A stretch of DNA of 64,000 nucleotides from Flavobacteriaceae bacterium (GTDB taxonomy: Bacteria; Bacteroidota; Bacteroidia; Flavobacteriales; Flavobacteriaceae). The stretch is from NCBI GenBank assembly GCA_014075215.1, contig CP046177.1:183291-247290 (forward strand), read 5' to 3'. Position 1 is the stretch's first letter, and each line of letters begins with the position of its first letter. The notes beneath the pieces are model-generated. The model made no database searches. It was given only the letters and a program-made list of their open reading frames with translations, and had not been told where the DNA came from. Positions 19,010-27,533 of this stretch are shown here, piece by piece. Made by a program: the position numbers and the translations under genes.

Positions 19010-19357
19010 ATGCATACACAAGAGCTCCTGAAGCATTTTTTACCCGAAGGTATTTTAGATTACTTTGAACTTAAAGAGGTAAAAGATTCAACGAACAAAC
19101 TTACTTTGGTTTTAGAAGAAAAACCTATACAACCAGATGAGTTATCTCATCGTAAATTACATTCCAAAGGATTTTACCCAGTAGTAGATATTCAAGATTT
19201 TCCAGTACGTAACAAGGCTTGTTTTTTACAAGTAAAACGTAGACGATGGTTAGATGTTGATACCTCAGAAGTATTCTCAAGAGATTGGAATTTGGTAGCA
19301 AAGGGAACTCGAATGACAGAAGAGTTCTCTCTTTTTTTAAAGAGGCTTGTTAGATAG
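19010..19357 (+). CDS. ISL3-like/ISAon1-type transposase N-terminal-region protein (orfA)
   Basis: 115-aa paralogue (LLKHFLPEGILDYFEL...RRRWLDVDTSEVFSRDWNLVAKGTRMTEEFSLFLKRLVR*). Confidence 0.75.
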   Translation: MHTQELLKHFLPEGILDYFELKEVKDSTNKLTLVLEEKPIQPDELSHRKLHSKGFYPVVDIQDFPVRNKACFLQVKRRRWLDVDTSEVFSRDWNLVAKGTRMTEEFSLFLKRLVR

Positions 19358-20334
19358 TATTCCAGTAAGTTGTAAAAGTTTATCTACCTACTATCACCTT
19401 AACGGCAAGCGATTAGAAGAACAATATCGCAATCATTTAAGTAACTTTTTGACTTGGGATCAATTAGCTCATGCCGACCAATGGCTGCTTTTTAAGAAGA
19501 ATATAGGAACTCATTTAAGTATTGATGAAGTAGCATACTCAAGGCGAGCTCTATACAGTGATTACCAACAAAGCAGGTAAAGGAAAACGAGGCAGTTTAG
19601 TAGCCATAGTAGCTACCACACAAAGTGAACGAGTCATAGAAGTGTTAAGGAAAATTCCAAGTAAAGACCGATATTTAGTAGAAGAAATCACTTTGGATAT
19701 GGCACCTACTATGGAAAAGATTGCTAAAAAAGCCTTTCCTAAAGCTACTCAGGTCACAGACCGATTTCATGTACAAAAACGAGCTTATGATGCCTTGCAA
19801 GAAATTCGAATACAGTATAGATGGAAAACCATAGAACAAGAAAATAATGAAATAGCATTGGCTAAAGAAACAGGAAAAAACTTTAAACCGAATATCCTTG
19901 ACAATGGAGATACTCCCAAACAACTACTAGCTAGAAGTAGGTATTTACTCTTTAAAGCCCCTAACAAATGGACAGCCAAACAAAAATTTAGAGCAGAATT
20001 ACTCTTTGAAAGATACCCCAACTTGGAACGAGCTTATGAGCTTACTAGAGAACTGGCAACGATTTATCAAAAGACAAAAGACAAGGCGGTAGCATATACA
20101 AAACTAGCTAGATGGTATGATAAGGTAGAAAAATCAGAGTTCAGTAAAAGTTTTGGAACAGTAGCTAGATCAATACAAAGTCATTATCGAAGCATCTTAA
20201 ATTTCTTTGATAATAGAAGTACCAATGCTTCTGCTGAATCTTTTAATGCTAAAATAAAAACTTTTAGACTACAATTTAGAGGCGTAAGATCTGTTCCTTT
20301 CTTCCTATTCAGACTATCTAAAATTTATGCGTAA
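19347..20334 (+). pseudogene. ISL3-like orfB with an internal frameshift near 19540-19546
   Basis: Track ORFs 19347..19580 and 19558..20334. The expected ...LSIDEVAYSxGELYTVITNKAGKGKRGS needs a 1-nt correction around GCATACTCAAGGCGAG. Confidence 0.7.
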
Positions 20335-20620
20335 AAATCTAAATCCCACAACTTTTTTGCTTGACCCCTAATTAGCGACAAAATACTGTATGAAGTTCAA
20401 AATGAAGATTTTGGACTTGAAGGTTTTCATCTTGCTGAACAAAAAATAAAATACGGACTATCTCTTTTCAATGACTATGACCATCTTGAAAAGTTTGAAT
20501 TGCACAGTCGAAGATACATAGGAAATAAAGCAAAATTGACTAACTGGATAATGAAAATTATTCAGAATGAAACTTCGGGAACCGACACTTTGGATATGCA
20601 ACAAAAAATGGTACAAAAAG

Positions 20621-21490
20621 TTAAGCTACATTTTTGATTTGATATAATTTTTCAAATTCGATGATATTTTTGTAACCAAGAGCAGAATGTCTTCTGTATC
20701 TGTTGTACCAAGTTTCTATGTATTCAAAGACTTTAATTTGAAGACTTTTGTTGGATATAAACTTATTGTCTATCATTAGTTCTGTTTTGATTGTTTTAAA
20801 AAAAGATTCAGCTACTGCATTATCCCAACAGTTTCCTTTTCTACTCATACTGGGTGTTACATGATAACTTTTAAGGATATTAACAAACGCATGAGATGCG
20901 TATTGTACACCTCGATCAGAATGAAAAATCATACCTTCACAAGGCATTCTGTTGTTTACAGCCATTCTCCATGCAGCAATGATAGTTTGTCTTGCTTTGA
21001 GTCCATTGCTCAAAGACCAACCAATGACTTTACGATCAAACAGGTCAATAATTACCGTTAAGTACAGCCATCCTTGTGCAGGCTTTAAATAGGTAATATC
21101 AGAAACCCATTTCTGTGCAGCAGCGGTAGCTTTAAAATCTCTATCCAATACATTATCAGCTACCGGATATTGATGCTTAGAATCTGTCGTGACAACAAAT
21201 TTCTTTTTACGAACTGCTTTAATCCCGTGTTTTTTCATCAATCGTGCTACCCTAGACCTAGATACTTTAAACCCTTTAGCTTTGAGTTCCTCTGTAATTC
21301 TAGGACTTCCATAAGTAGATTTACTTCGCTCACAGATACGGTGAATCTCAGAGAGTAGCATACGATTTTTTCCATCTCTATCTGATGGAACATAATTCTT
21401 ACTCCTGTAATAACTGTTTCTACTAATTTTAAAAATTTTACACATCTTCCCAACCGGATATTCTCTACTGTAATCTTTGATAAATTTCAA
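20621..21490 (-). CDS. IS3-family transposase OrfB
   Basis: Protein identical to 8286..9155. Confidence 0.9.
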   Translation of the reverse strand: MKFIKDYSREYPVGKMCKIFKISRNSYYRSKNYVPSDRDGKNRMLLSEIHRICERSKSTYGSPRITEELKAKGFKVSRSRVARLMKKHGIKAVRKKKFVVTTDSKHQYPVADNVLDRDFKATAAAQKWVSDITYLKPAQGWLYLTVIIDLFDRKVIGWSLSNGLKARQTIIAAWRMAVNNRMPCEGMIFHSDRGVQYASHAFVNILKSYHVTPSMSRKGNCWDNAVAESFFKTIKTELMIDNKFISNKSLQIKVFEYIETWYNRYRRHSALGYKNIIEFEKLYQIKNVA

Positions 21491-21786
21491 TACTTCCGAT
21501 CGCTCTTGGAGAAGATGCTCACGGCATTTTTTAAGATATCCCGCTCCATGGTAACATCCTTGAGCTGTTTACGTAATCGCTCTAACTCTTTCTGATCTTC
21601 TGTGAGTTGTTTGACGCCATTACCGCTAAAAGCTAAATCAGGACGCTGTTCTAATTCTCTACGCCATCTGTAAATAAGATCTGCACTGATTCCCAATTCC
21701 ATGGCAATCTGCTTTGTGTTACCTCGTACATTGCTTAATTCTACTGCTTTAATTTTAAACTCTTTACTGTATTTTCTTCGTTTCAT
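21487..21786 (-). CDS. IS3-family transposase OrfA
   Basis: Identical to 9152..9451 except K->N, because the heptamer reads A_AAA_AAT here. Confidence 0.9.
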   Translation of the reverse strand: MKRRKYSKEFKIKAVELSNVRGNTKQIAMELGISADLIYRWRRELEQRPDLAFSGNGVKQLTEDQKELERLRKQLKDVTMERDILKNAVSIFSKSDRKY

Positions 21787-21849
21787 ATGGTTAAGTTATT
21801 TTAGATAAAATTAGCTTAACTCTTTGTCACTCTAAATGTAGCAAGTCCA

Positions 21850-22129
21850 AAAAATGTAAAGTAAAAGCCAAACAACGATTTGAACATTGGTTTGAGGATA
21901 CAGAAAAATTGGAATTTAAAAATTTCAATACAGCAATGAACAGTATTAAACATCATTTTAATACCATCTTAAACTTTTTTGACAATAGGAATACAAATGC
22001 AAATGCAGAGTCTTTTAATTCAAAAATAAAACTCTTTAGAGCCAATCAAAGAGGCGTAAGAGATACACAATTTTTCCTCTTTAGACTTGAAAAATTATTC
22101 GCTTAATACCCATAAAATTTACTTGAGCC
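21850..22129 (+). pseudogene. 3' fragment of a fourth ISL3-like element (transposase C-terminus plus terminal repeat)
   Basis: ...FNTAMNSIKHHFNTILNFFDNRNTNANAESFNSKIKLFRANQRGVRDTQFFLFRLEKLFA* is followed by ...TTTACTTGAGCC, which resembles the other copies' ends. It begins directly at the IS3 end. Confidence 0.7.
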
Positions 22130-22303
22130 ATTTTTTGATTGAATCGAAAAATAGTAACTTTATTTTTGAGTGCCTGTTTAGATATTCGGGAAAAATGGAT
22201 AGAACATTTTTTAAATCTTTTAATTCTTGAACCTTTTGATTCATGAAACACCAAATTCAGTTAAAAATATCCAGATATCCTAACGGCCATTTAATTTTAT
22301 CTT

Positions 22304-23638
22304 TTGAAAATAGACATTAGTTTTAAGCGAATTAACACTCTTGCCGTACCTGCATTAATTGCCGGTATTGCCGAACCAATTATATCCATTACCGATACTG
22401 CCATTGTAGGGAATATAGCGTTTCATGCCACGGAAAGCCTGGGAGCTGTTGCTATTGTGGGTACGTTTATCTCCATGTTGGTATGGGTTTTCGGACAAAT
22501 CCGAAGTGCCATATCATCTATTATTTCTCAGTATTTGGGTGCTCATAAATTGGATGAGGTAAAAACATTACCCGCCCAGGCTATCATTCTTGTTGTGAGT
22601 GCAAGTATTATTTTGGTGGTGTTTACCTATCCTTTTGCAAGAAACATTTTTTCGCTTTACGGTGCTTCGGATCAGGTTTTGGAATATACTACTGATTACT
22701 ATAAGATCAGAATCCTTGGTTTTCCTTTTTCTCTGTTTGTATTTGCCGTTTTTGGAACTTTCAGAGGTTTACAAAATACATACTACCCGATGGTGGTTGG
22801 AATTTTTGGCGCTTGTATGAATGTAGTATTGGACTGGGTGTTGGTTTATGGTATAGAGGGGTTTATTCCTGCTATGAATATCAAAGGAGCCGCCTATGCC
22901 AGTTTTATATCTCAGGTATTAATGGCTGTAGCTTCCGGATATTACTTACTTAAAAAGACAAACATCACACTTACCATTGTATTTCCTTTTAATAAAGAAA
23001 TAAAACGACTGATCGGAATGGTACTCAACTTATTTGTAAGAACGATTGCTTTGAATGTTGCATTGCTTTTTGCCGTATATAAGGCTACCGGTTATGGAAA
23101 AGAATCATTAGCTGCGTATGGTATCGGGATACAATTGTGGTTTTTAGGTGCTTTTATTATTGACGGATATTCCAGTGCCGGAAATATATTATCGGGAAGG
23201 ATCTTAGGAGCAAAAAAATATAATACTCTTATTGCGCTGAGTAAAAAACTGACAGTGTATGCATTGTATACGGGAATTATCTTAATCATCATTGGATTTT
23301 TGTTATATACGCCAATAGGTGCTGTTTTTACAAAAGATCCGCTGGTATTAACTCAGTTTTATGATGTATTTTGGATCATCATCATCATGCAACCTTTTTG
23401 TGCTGTCACATTTATTTTTGACGCTATATTTAAAGGAATGGGAAAAATGAGGTTTTTAAGAAACGTATTACTCTTTTCAACTTTTTTTGTTTTTATACCT
23501 TCTTTAGTAGTATTAGACAAGTTGGGCTATAAACTCCATGCTGTCTGGTTTACATTTTTTTTATGGGTTTTGGCAAGGGGAATCCCCTTGATTATAAAAT
23601 TTAGAAGAACGTTTTTACCCCTGATTCAAAAAAGTTAA
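22304..23638 (+). CDS. MATE-family efflux transporter
   Basis: 444-aa ORF with about 12 TM helices and a MATE-like N-terminus (INTLAVPALIAGIAEPIISITDTAIVG). Confidence 0.8.
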   Translation: MKIDISFKRINTLAVPALIAGIAEPIISITDTAIVGNIAFHATESLGAVAIVGTFISMLVWVFGQIRSAISSIISQYLGAHKLDEVKTLPAQAIILVVSASIILVVFTYPFARNIFSLYGASDQVLEYTTDYYKIRILGFPFSLFVFAVFGTFRGLQNTYYPMVVGIFGACMNVVLDWVLVYGIEGFIPAMNIKGAAYASFISQVLMAVASGYYLLKKTNITLTIVFPFNKEIKRLIGMVLNLFVRTIALNVALLFAVYKATGYGKESLAAYGIGIQLWFLGAFIIDGYSSAGNILSGRILGAKKYNTLIALSKKLTVYALYTGIILIIIGFLLYTPIGAVFTKDPLVLTQFYDVFWIIIIMQPFCAVTFIFDAIFKGMGKMRFLRNVLLFSTFFVFIPSLVVLDKLGYKLHAVWFTFFLWVLARGIPLIIKFRRTFLPLIQKS

Positions 23639-23647
23639 CTTTGGTAC
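23531..23647 (+). repeat. Direct repeat copy 1 (functional 3' end of the MATE gene)
   Basis: About 116 bp, repeated at 26167..26281 with a few mismatches and one T-run length difference. Confidence 0.85.
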
Positions 23648-23649
23648 AC

Positions 23650-23746
23650 CTTGGCAGCTAATAGGACCAAAGATTGTTCAAATACAGAAATATGGGCAAG
23701 GGTTGAGCACGTCTTTGGGTTTATGGAAAAATCATGGACAGTATAA
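23650..23746 (+). pseudogene. IS5-family transposase C-terminal relic
   Basis: It reads ...ARVEHVFGFMEKSWTV*. RVEHxFGxM is a motif I recall from IS5-family transposase C-termini. There is no intact ORF. Confidence 0.45.
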
Positions 23747-23788
23747 AACCTACGCCAGTATTAAAATAAAACCAGCGTAGGTTTTTTA
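23747..23788. terminator. Bidirectional Rho-independent terminator-like hairpin
   Basis: AACCTACGC (23747-23755) pairs with GCGTAGGTT (23775-23783). It is followed by T5 on the + strand and preceded by an A-rich tract. It sits between convergent genes. Confidence 0.6.
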
Positions 23789-23842
23789 TGTTTTTATGGG
23801 CAAAAATTAAATAATAGCCATAAATTTAGTGCGAAGTTCTAC

Positions 23843-26031
23843 TTAAAATAGAAGGTGCACATCAATACTGGCTAGTCCACCATCATTAAAAGCTTTACCA
23901 AAATCATCTTTCCCGTCACCGTTAAAATTACCGGATAACCATTTCTGTGTGTCCCAAAATCCGCCTTGCCTGGTAACCAATCTGTTGAAACCAAATCCTG
24001 ATCCACTGGATAGATGTACGTCGATACTGGCTAGCCCGCTGTCATAAAATACTTTAGCAAAATCATCTTTCCCATCACCGTTAAAATCACCGGATAACCA
24101 TTTTTGTGCGTCCCAGAATCCGCCTTGCCTGGTAGCCCACCTGCTGAAACTAAAACCTGATCCACCGGATAGGTGTACATCAATACTGGCTAGCCCACCG
24201 TCATTAAATACTTTAGCAAAATCATCTTTCCCATCACCGTTAAAATCACCGGACAACCATTGCTGTGTGTTCCAAAATCCGCCTTGCCTGGTAGCCCATC
24301 TGCTGAAACTAAAACCTGATCCACTGGATAGGTGTACATCAATACTGGCTAGCCCACCGTCATTAAATACTTTAGCAAAATCATCTTTCCCATCACCGTT
24401 AAAATCACCGGACAACCATTGCTGTGTGTTCCAAAATCCGCCTTGCCTGGTAGCCCATCTGCTGAAACTAAAACCTGATCCACTGGATAGGTGTACATCA
24501 ATACTGGCTAGCCCACCGTCATTAAATACTTTAGCAAAATCATCTTTCCCATCACCGTTAAAATCACCGGACAACCATTGCTGTGTGTTCCAAAATCCGC
24601 CTTGCCTGGTAGCCCATCTGCTGAAACTAAAACCTGATCCACTGGATAGGTGTACATCAATACTGGCTAGCCCACCGTCATTAAATACTTTAGCAAAATC
24701 ATCTTTCCCATCACCGTTAAAATCACCGGACAACCATTGCTGTGTGTTCCAAAATTCCAAAATCCTGATCCTTGGTGTACATGGTAGCCCATCTGCTGAA
24801 ACTAAAACCTGATCCTGAAACTGGATAGGTGTACGTCAATACTGGCTAGTCCACCGTCATTAAATACTTTAGCAAAATCATCTTTCCCATCACCGTTAAA
24901 ATCACCGGATAACCATTTTTGTGCATCCCAGAATCCGCCTTGCCTGGTAGCCCATCTGCTGAAACTAAAACCTGATCCGCTGGATAGGTGTACATCAATA
25001 CTGGCTAGCCCGCCATCATTAAATACTTTAGCAAAATCATCTTTCCCATCACCGTTAAAATCACCGGATAACCATTGCTGTGTATTCCAAAATCCGCCTT
25101 GCCTGGTAGCCCATCTATAGTGCATAACTGATGGGTATATAGTTTCTAAAGCTATTTTATCATTGTTATTGAAATTGCCGCTCACCCCACTATGAAAACA
25201 CGCTAACATAAGAGATGTGCTATCATAACCTGTTGGTGTTCCGGAAATATGGTTAGCACCATCATAACCAACACCCTCACTGGCATTTTGACCACAACTC
25301 TGTCGGGAGAACCAATCGGTGTGTCGCAAACCGACACTATGACCAATCTCGTGAGTAATCACATGTTCTATCACATTAACACTAGAGTTCCTTAGACCAA
25401 AAATTTGATTCCATTTGTGTGGAGCCCCATTACTACTAGGAAATCCTGCTATTCCACCAGGAGAAGATACAGAGGGATTGTTGTACACTACGATATCTGC
25501 ATTGGTTGAACTACTAAAAGATAATGTAAATGTGATATTAATGTCAAGAGCATTATAATTTTGCACAGCTAATCCCAAAGCTGTACGTTCTTTAGAAGAC
25601 AACCCGAAGAAACCACCAGTATAGCCAATAACGGAGATCGTTTTTCCTGCAGTGACTAAATTGTTTGTACTATATTGACGGCCATTCTGCTGTCCTAATT
25701 CAAATAAGTGTTTCTCAGAAATTGCGATGTCATTCTCAATAAGTAGTAACTCCTCGGAAGTCCCATCAGGATAGTTAAATACTTTATATTCTACAAAATC
25801 AGCGTTGAGATTTAATGAAGTTAACTTGTCCTTGATTTCTTGAGAAACTTATTTTGTCGCCTCTACCTGATTAGATAAGTTCTCTATATTCTCATCTTTA
25901 GAACAAGAGATGGCTATAAAAATGATGAATAATAAGGTCAGAAATGTAAATGATAATTTCTTCATAATAAAAAATTTAGGGTTAAGTATATTAACAAAGC
26001 TAGAACAAATTATCAAAGAAAGAAATCCCAA
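23843..26031 (-). pseudogene. Secreted M57-like HExxH metallopeptidase with about 8 FG-GAP-type repeats, disrupted as sequenced
   Basis: There are three track ORFs. 25849..26031 carries a lipoprotein signal (MKKLSFTFLTLLFIIFIAISC). 24802..25602 carries HVITHEIGHSVGLRHTDW plus two repeats. 23843..24760 carries six repeats. The first two share a frame, separated by a single TAA at 25849-25851. The last two are separated by a scrambled repeat junction at about 24755-24835. Confidence 0.7.
23846..25110 (-). repeat. Tandem 159-bp (53-aa) coding repeats, about 8 units, three of them identical
   Basis: The unit is WNTQQWLSGDFNGDGKDDFAKVFNDGGLASIDVHLSSGSGFSFSRWATRQGGF. The same 10-mer TCCAAAATCC recurs at 24271 and 24430, and units between about 24190 and 24760 are identical. 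GDFNGDGKDD is a calcium-binding FG-GAP/VCBS-type motif. Confidence 0.9.
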
Positions 26032-26166
26032 TTTACAATGAAATTTTTACATCACCATAAGTGGTGAATGGTATTAAAAAACGGATATAAAAATTCTTAT
26101 GGGTTTCCGTAACGCTTTCATTTTAAATTGATTTTGTATAGCACTGCGGACCTGAACACCAATGAA

Positions 26167-26281
26167 AACTCCGTGCTGTCCGGGTTACATTTTTTTATGG
26201 GTTTTGGCAAGGGGAATCCCCTTGGTTATAAAATTCAGAAGAACGTTTTTACCCCTGATTCAAAAAAGTTAACTTTGGTAC
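26167..26281 (+). repeat. Direct repeat copy 2 (decayed duplicate of the MATE gene 3' end)
   Basis: It reads KTPCCPGYIFLWVLARGIPLVIKFRRTFLPLIQKS*, against KLHAVWFTFFLWVLARGIPLIIKFRRTFLPLIQKS* in the intact gene. Both copies end ...AAGTTAACTTTGGTAC. Confidence 0.85.
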
Positions 26282-26314
26282 GTTCTTAATTCTTGATAAG
26301 AATATCACAATAAT

Positions 26315-27067
26315 ATGAACGGAAATCTATATACACATATTCAAAATAATGTTGGGATCATTAAATTTGGCCATCCGGCAGGGAATTCTTTTCCAAAAGC
26401 ACTTTTGGAGAGCTTGACAAATGAGCTTGACAAACTTTCGGATAATGATGCCGTATCCGTTATTATTTTAAAATCCGAAGGAGATAGAACCTTTTGTGCA
26501 GGTGCTTCTTTTGACGAGCTTATGGCCATTGAAACTCCCGAACAGGGAATCGCTTTTTTCTCCGGTTTTGCCAATGTCATTAATGCGATGAGGAGCAGTA
26601 CAAAAATGATGATAGGATGTGTGCAGGGAAAAGCCGTTGGCGGAGGGGTGGGTTTGATAGCCGCATGTGATTATGTGTTTGCTACAAAAGATGCAGCAAT
26701 TAAACTTTCCGAATTTACAATAGGCATTGGTCCTTTTGTAATTGCTCCTGCCGTAGAACGAAAAATAGGCATTGCAGGCTTATCGGAATTAACTGTTGCC
26801 GGGCACGAATGGAAAAGTGCCTATTGGGCAAAAGAAAAAGGATTGTATGCAGCAGTATTTGAAACTCAAAAAGAAATGGAATCCGAAGCAGAAGCCTTGA
26901 GTATGAAGCTAGCGTCATATAATCCTGCCTCCTTAGAAGAAATGAAAAAAGTTTTTTGGAAAGGAACCGATAATTGGAACAGCCTGTTGAAAGAAAGAGC
27001 GGCAATATCAGGTTCTTTGGTCTTGTCAGACTTTACTAAAAAAGCATTGCAAAAATTTAAAAAATAA
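26315..27067 (+). CDS. enoyl-CoA hydratase/isomerase (crotonase) family protein
   Basis: 250-aa ORF with ILKSEGDRTFCAGASFDEL and GKAVGGGVGLIAACD (oxyanion-hole motifs). Confidence 0.8.
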   Translation: MNGNLYTHIQNNVGIIKFGHPAGNSFPKALLESLTNELDKLSDNDAVSVIILKSEGDRTFCAGASFDELMAIETPEQGIAFFSGFANVINAMRSSTKMMIGCVQGKAVGGGVGLIAACDYVFATKDAAIKLSEFTIGIGPFVIAPAVERKIGIAGLSELTVAGHEWKSAYWAKEKGLYAAVFETQKEMESEAEALSMKLASYNPASLEEMKKVFWKGTDNWNSLLKERAAISGSLVLSDFTKKALQKFKK

Positions 27068-27069
27068 CC

Positions 27070-27525
27070 ATGAGTACCATACGAATTACCAAACAATTTA
27101 ATTTCGAAACGGGGCATGCTTTATACGGATATGATGGAAAGTGTAAAAATGTACATGGGCATAGTTATAAATTAGATGTTACTGTTATCGGCACTCCTAT
27201 AGAGGATACCCACCATGTAAAATATGGAATGGTGATTGACTTCTCCGATTTAAAAAAAATAGTGAAAGAAGAAATTGTCAATGTATTTGATCATGCGACG
27301 ATTTTCAACAAAAATACGCCACATATAGAACTGGCCAAAGAATTAAAAGATCGCGGTCACCATGTAATTTTAGTTGATTATCAGCCTACCAGTGAAATGA
27401 TGGTTCTTGATTTTGCTGCAAAAATCAAGAAACGACTTCCGGAAAACATTCAATTGTTTAGTTTAAAACTCCGGGAAACCGAAACTTCATTTGCAGAATG
27501 GTTTGCTTCGGACAATAATATATAG
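27070..27525 (+). CDS. queD: 6-carboxy-5,6,7,8-tetrahydropterin synthase / 6-pyruvoyl-tetrahydropterin synthase family
   Basis: 151-aa ORF with FNFETGHAL and CKNVHGHSYKLDVTV motifs. Confidence 0.8.
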   Translation: MSTIRITKQFNFETGHALYGYDGKCKNVHGHSYKLDVTVIGTPIEDTHHVKYGMVIDFSDLKKIVKEEIVNVFDHATIFNKNTPHIELAKELKDRGHHVILVDYQPTSEMMVLDFAAKIKKRLPENIQLFSLKLRETETSFAEWFASDNNI

Positions 27526-27533
27526 TTGTTTGG

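Larger units (their letters stand above)
18949..20367 (+). mobile_element. ISL3-like (ISAon1-type) element, divergent third copy (1419 bp)
   Basis: Ends are GGATCAAGCAAAAAGTTTGTGG... and ...CCACAACTTTTTTGCTTGACCC. The 8-bp duplication CTAATTAG lies at 18941-18948 and 20368-20375. Confidence 0.8.
18734..20590 (+). pseudogene. XRE-HTH::methyltransferase-like gene, interrupted by an ISL3-like element and truncated by IS3
   Basis: The HTH is LKEIRETKGFHLQEVAKKTAINYTILSRIETGKR. The frame ...GELIKHLI is cut at 18949 and resumes after the duplication at 20368 (SDKILYEVQNED...ELHSRRYIGNKAKLTNWIMKIIQNETSGTDT). It ends abruptly at the IS3 end at 20591. The Y-x-G-N-K motif resembles the N-terminal motif of T4 Dam/EcoRV-type adenine methylases (weak). 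Confidence 0.5.
20591..21849 (-). mobile_element. IS3-family element, copy 2 (1259 bp), no target-site duplication
   Basis: It has the same ends as copy 1. The flanks are ...CTT and AAA..., so there is no 3-bp repeat. Mismatches to copy 1 lie at about 21165 and about 21526. Confidence 0.9.

Noticed and set aside
24267-24812. 181-aa + strand ORF, with its own perfect internal repeats
   Set aside because: It is the antisense reading of the 159-bp FG-GAP coding repeats. It has no start context and low-complexity P/S/L-rich content. The minus-strand frame carries the recognisable DxNxDGxxD motif.
23846-25110. Regular tandem repeats that might be mistaken for a CRISPR array
   Set aside because: The units are 159 bp, directly abutting with no unique spacers, and they are coding (FG-GAP-type). 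No cas genes or leader are present.
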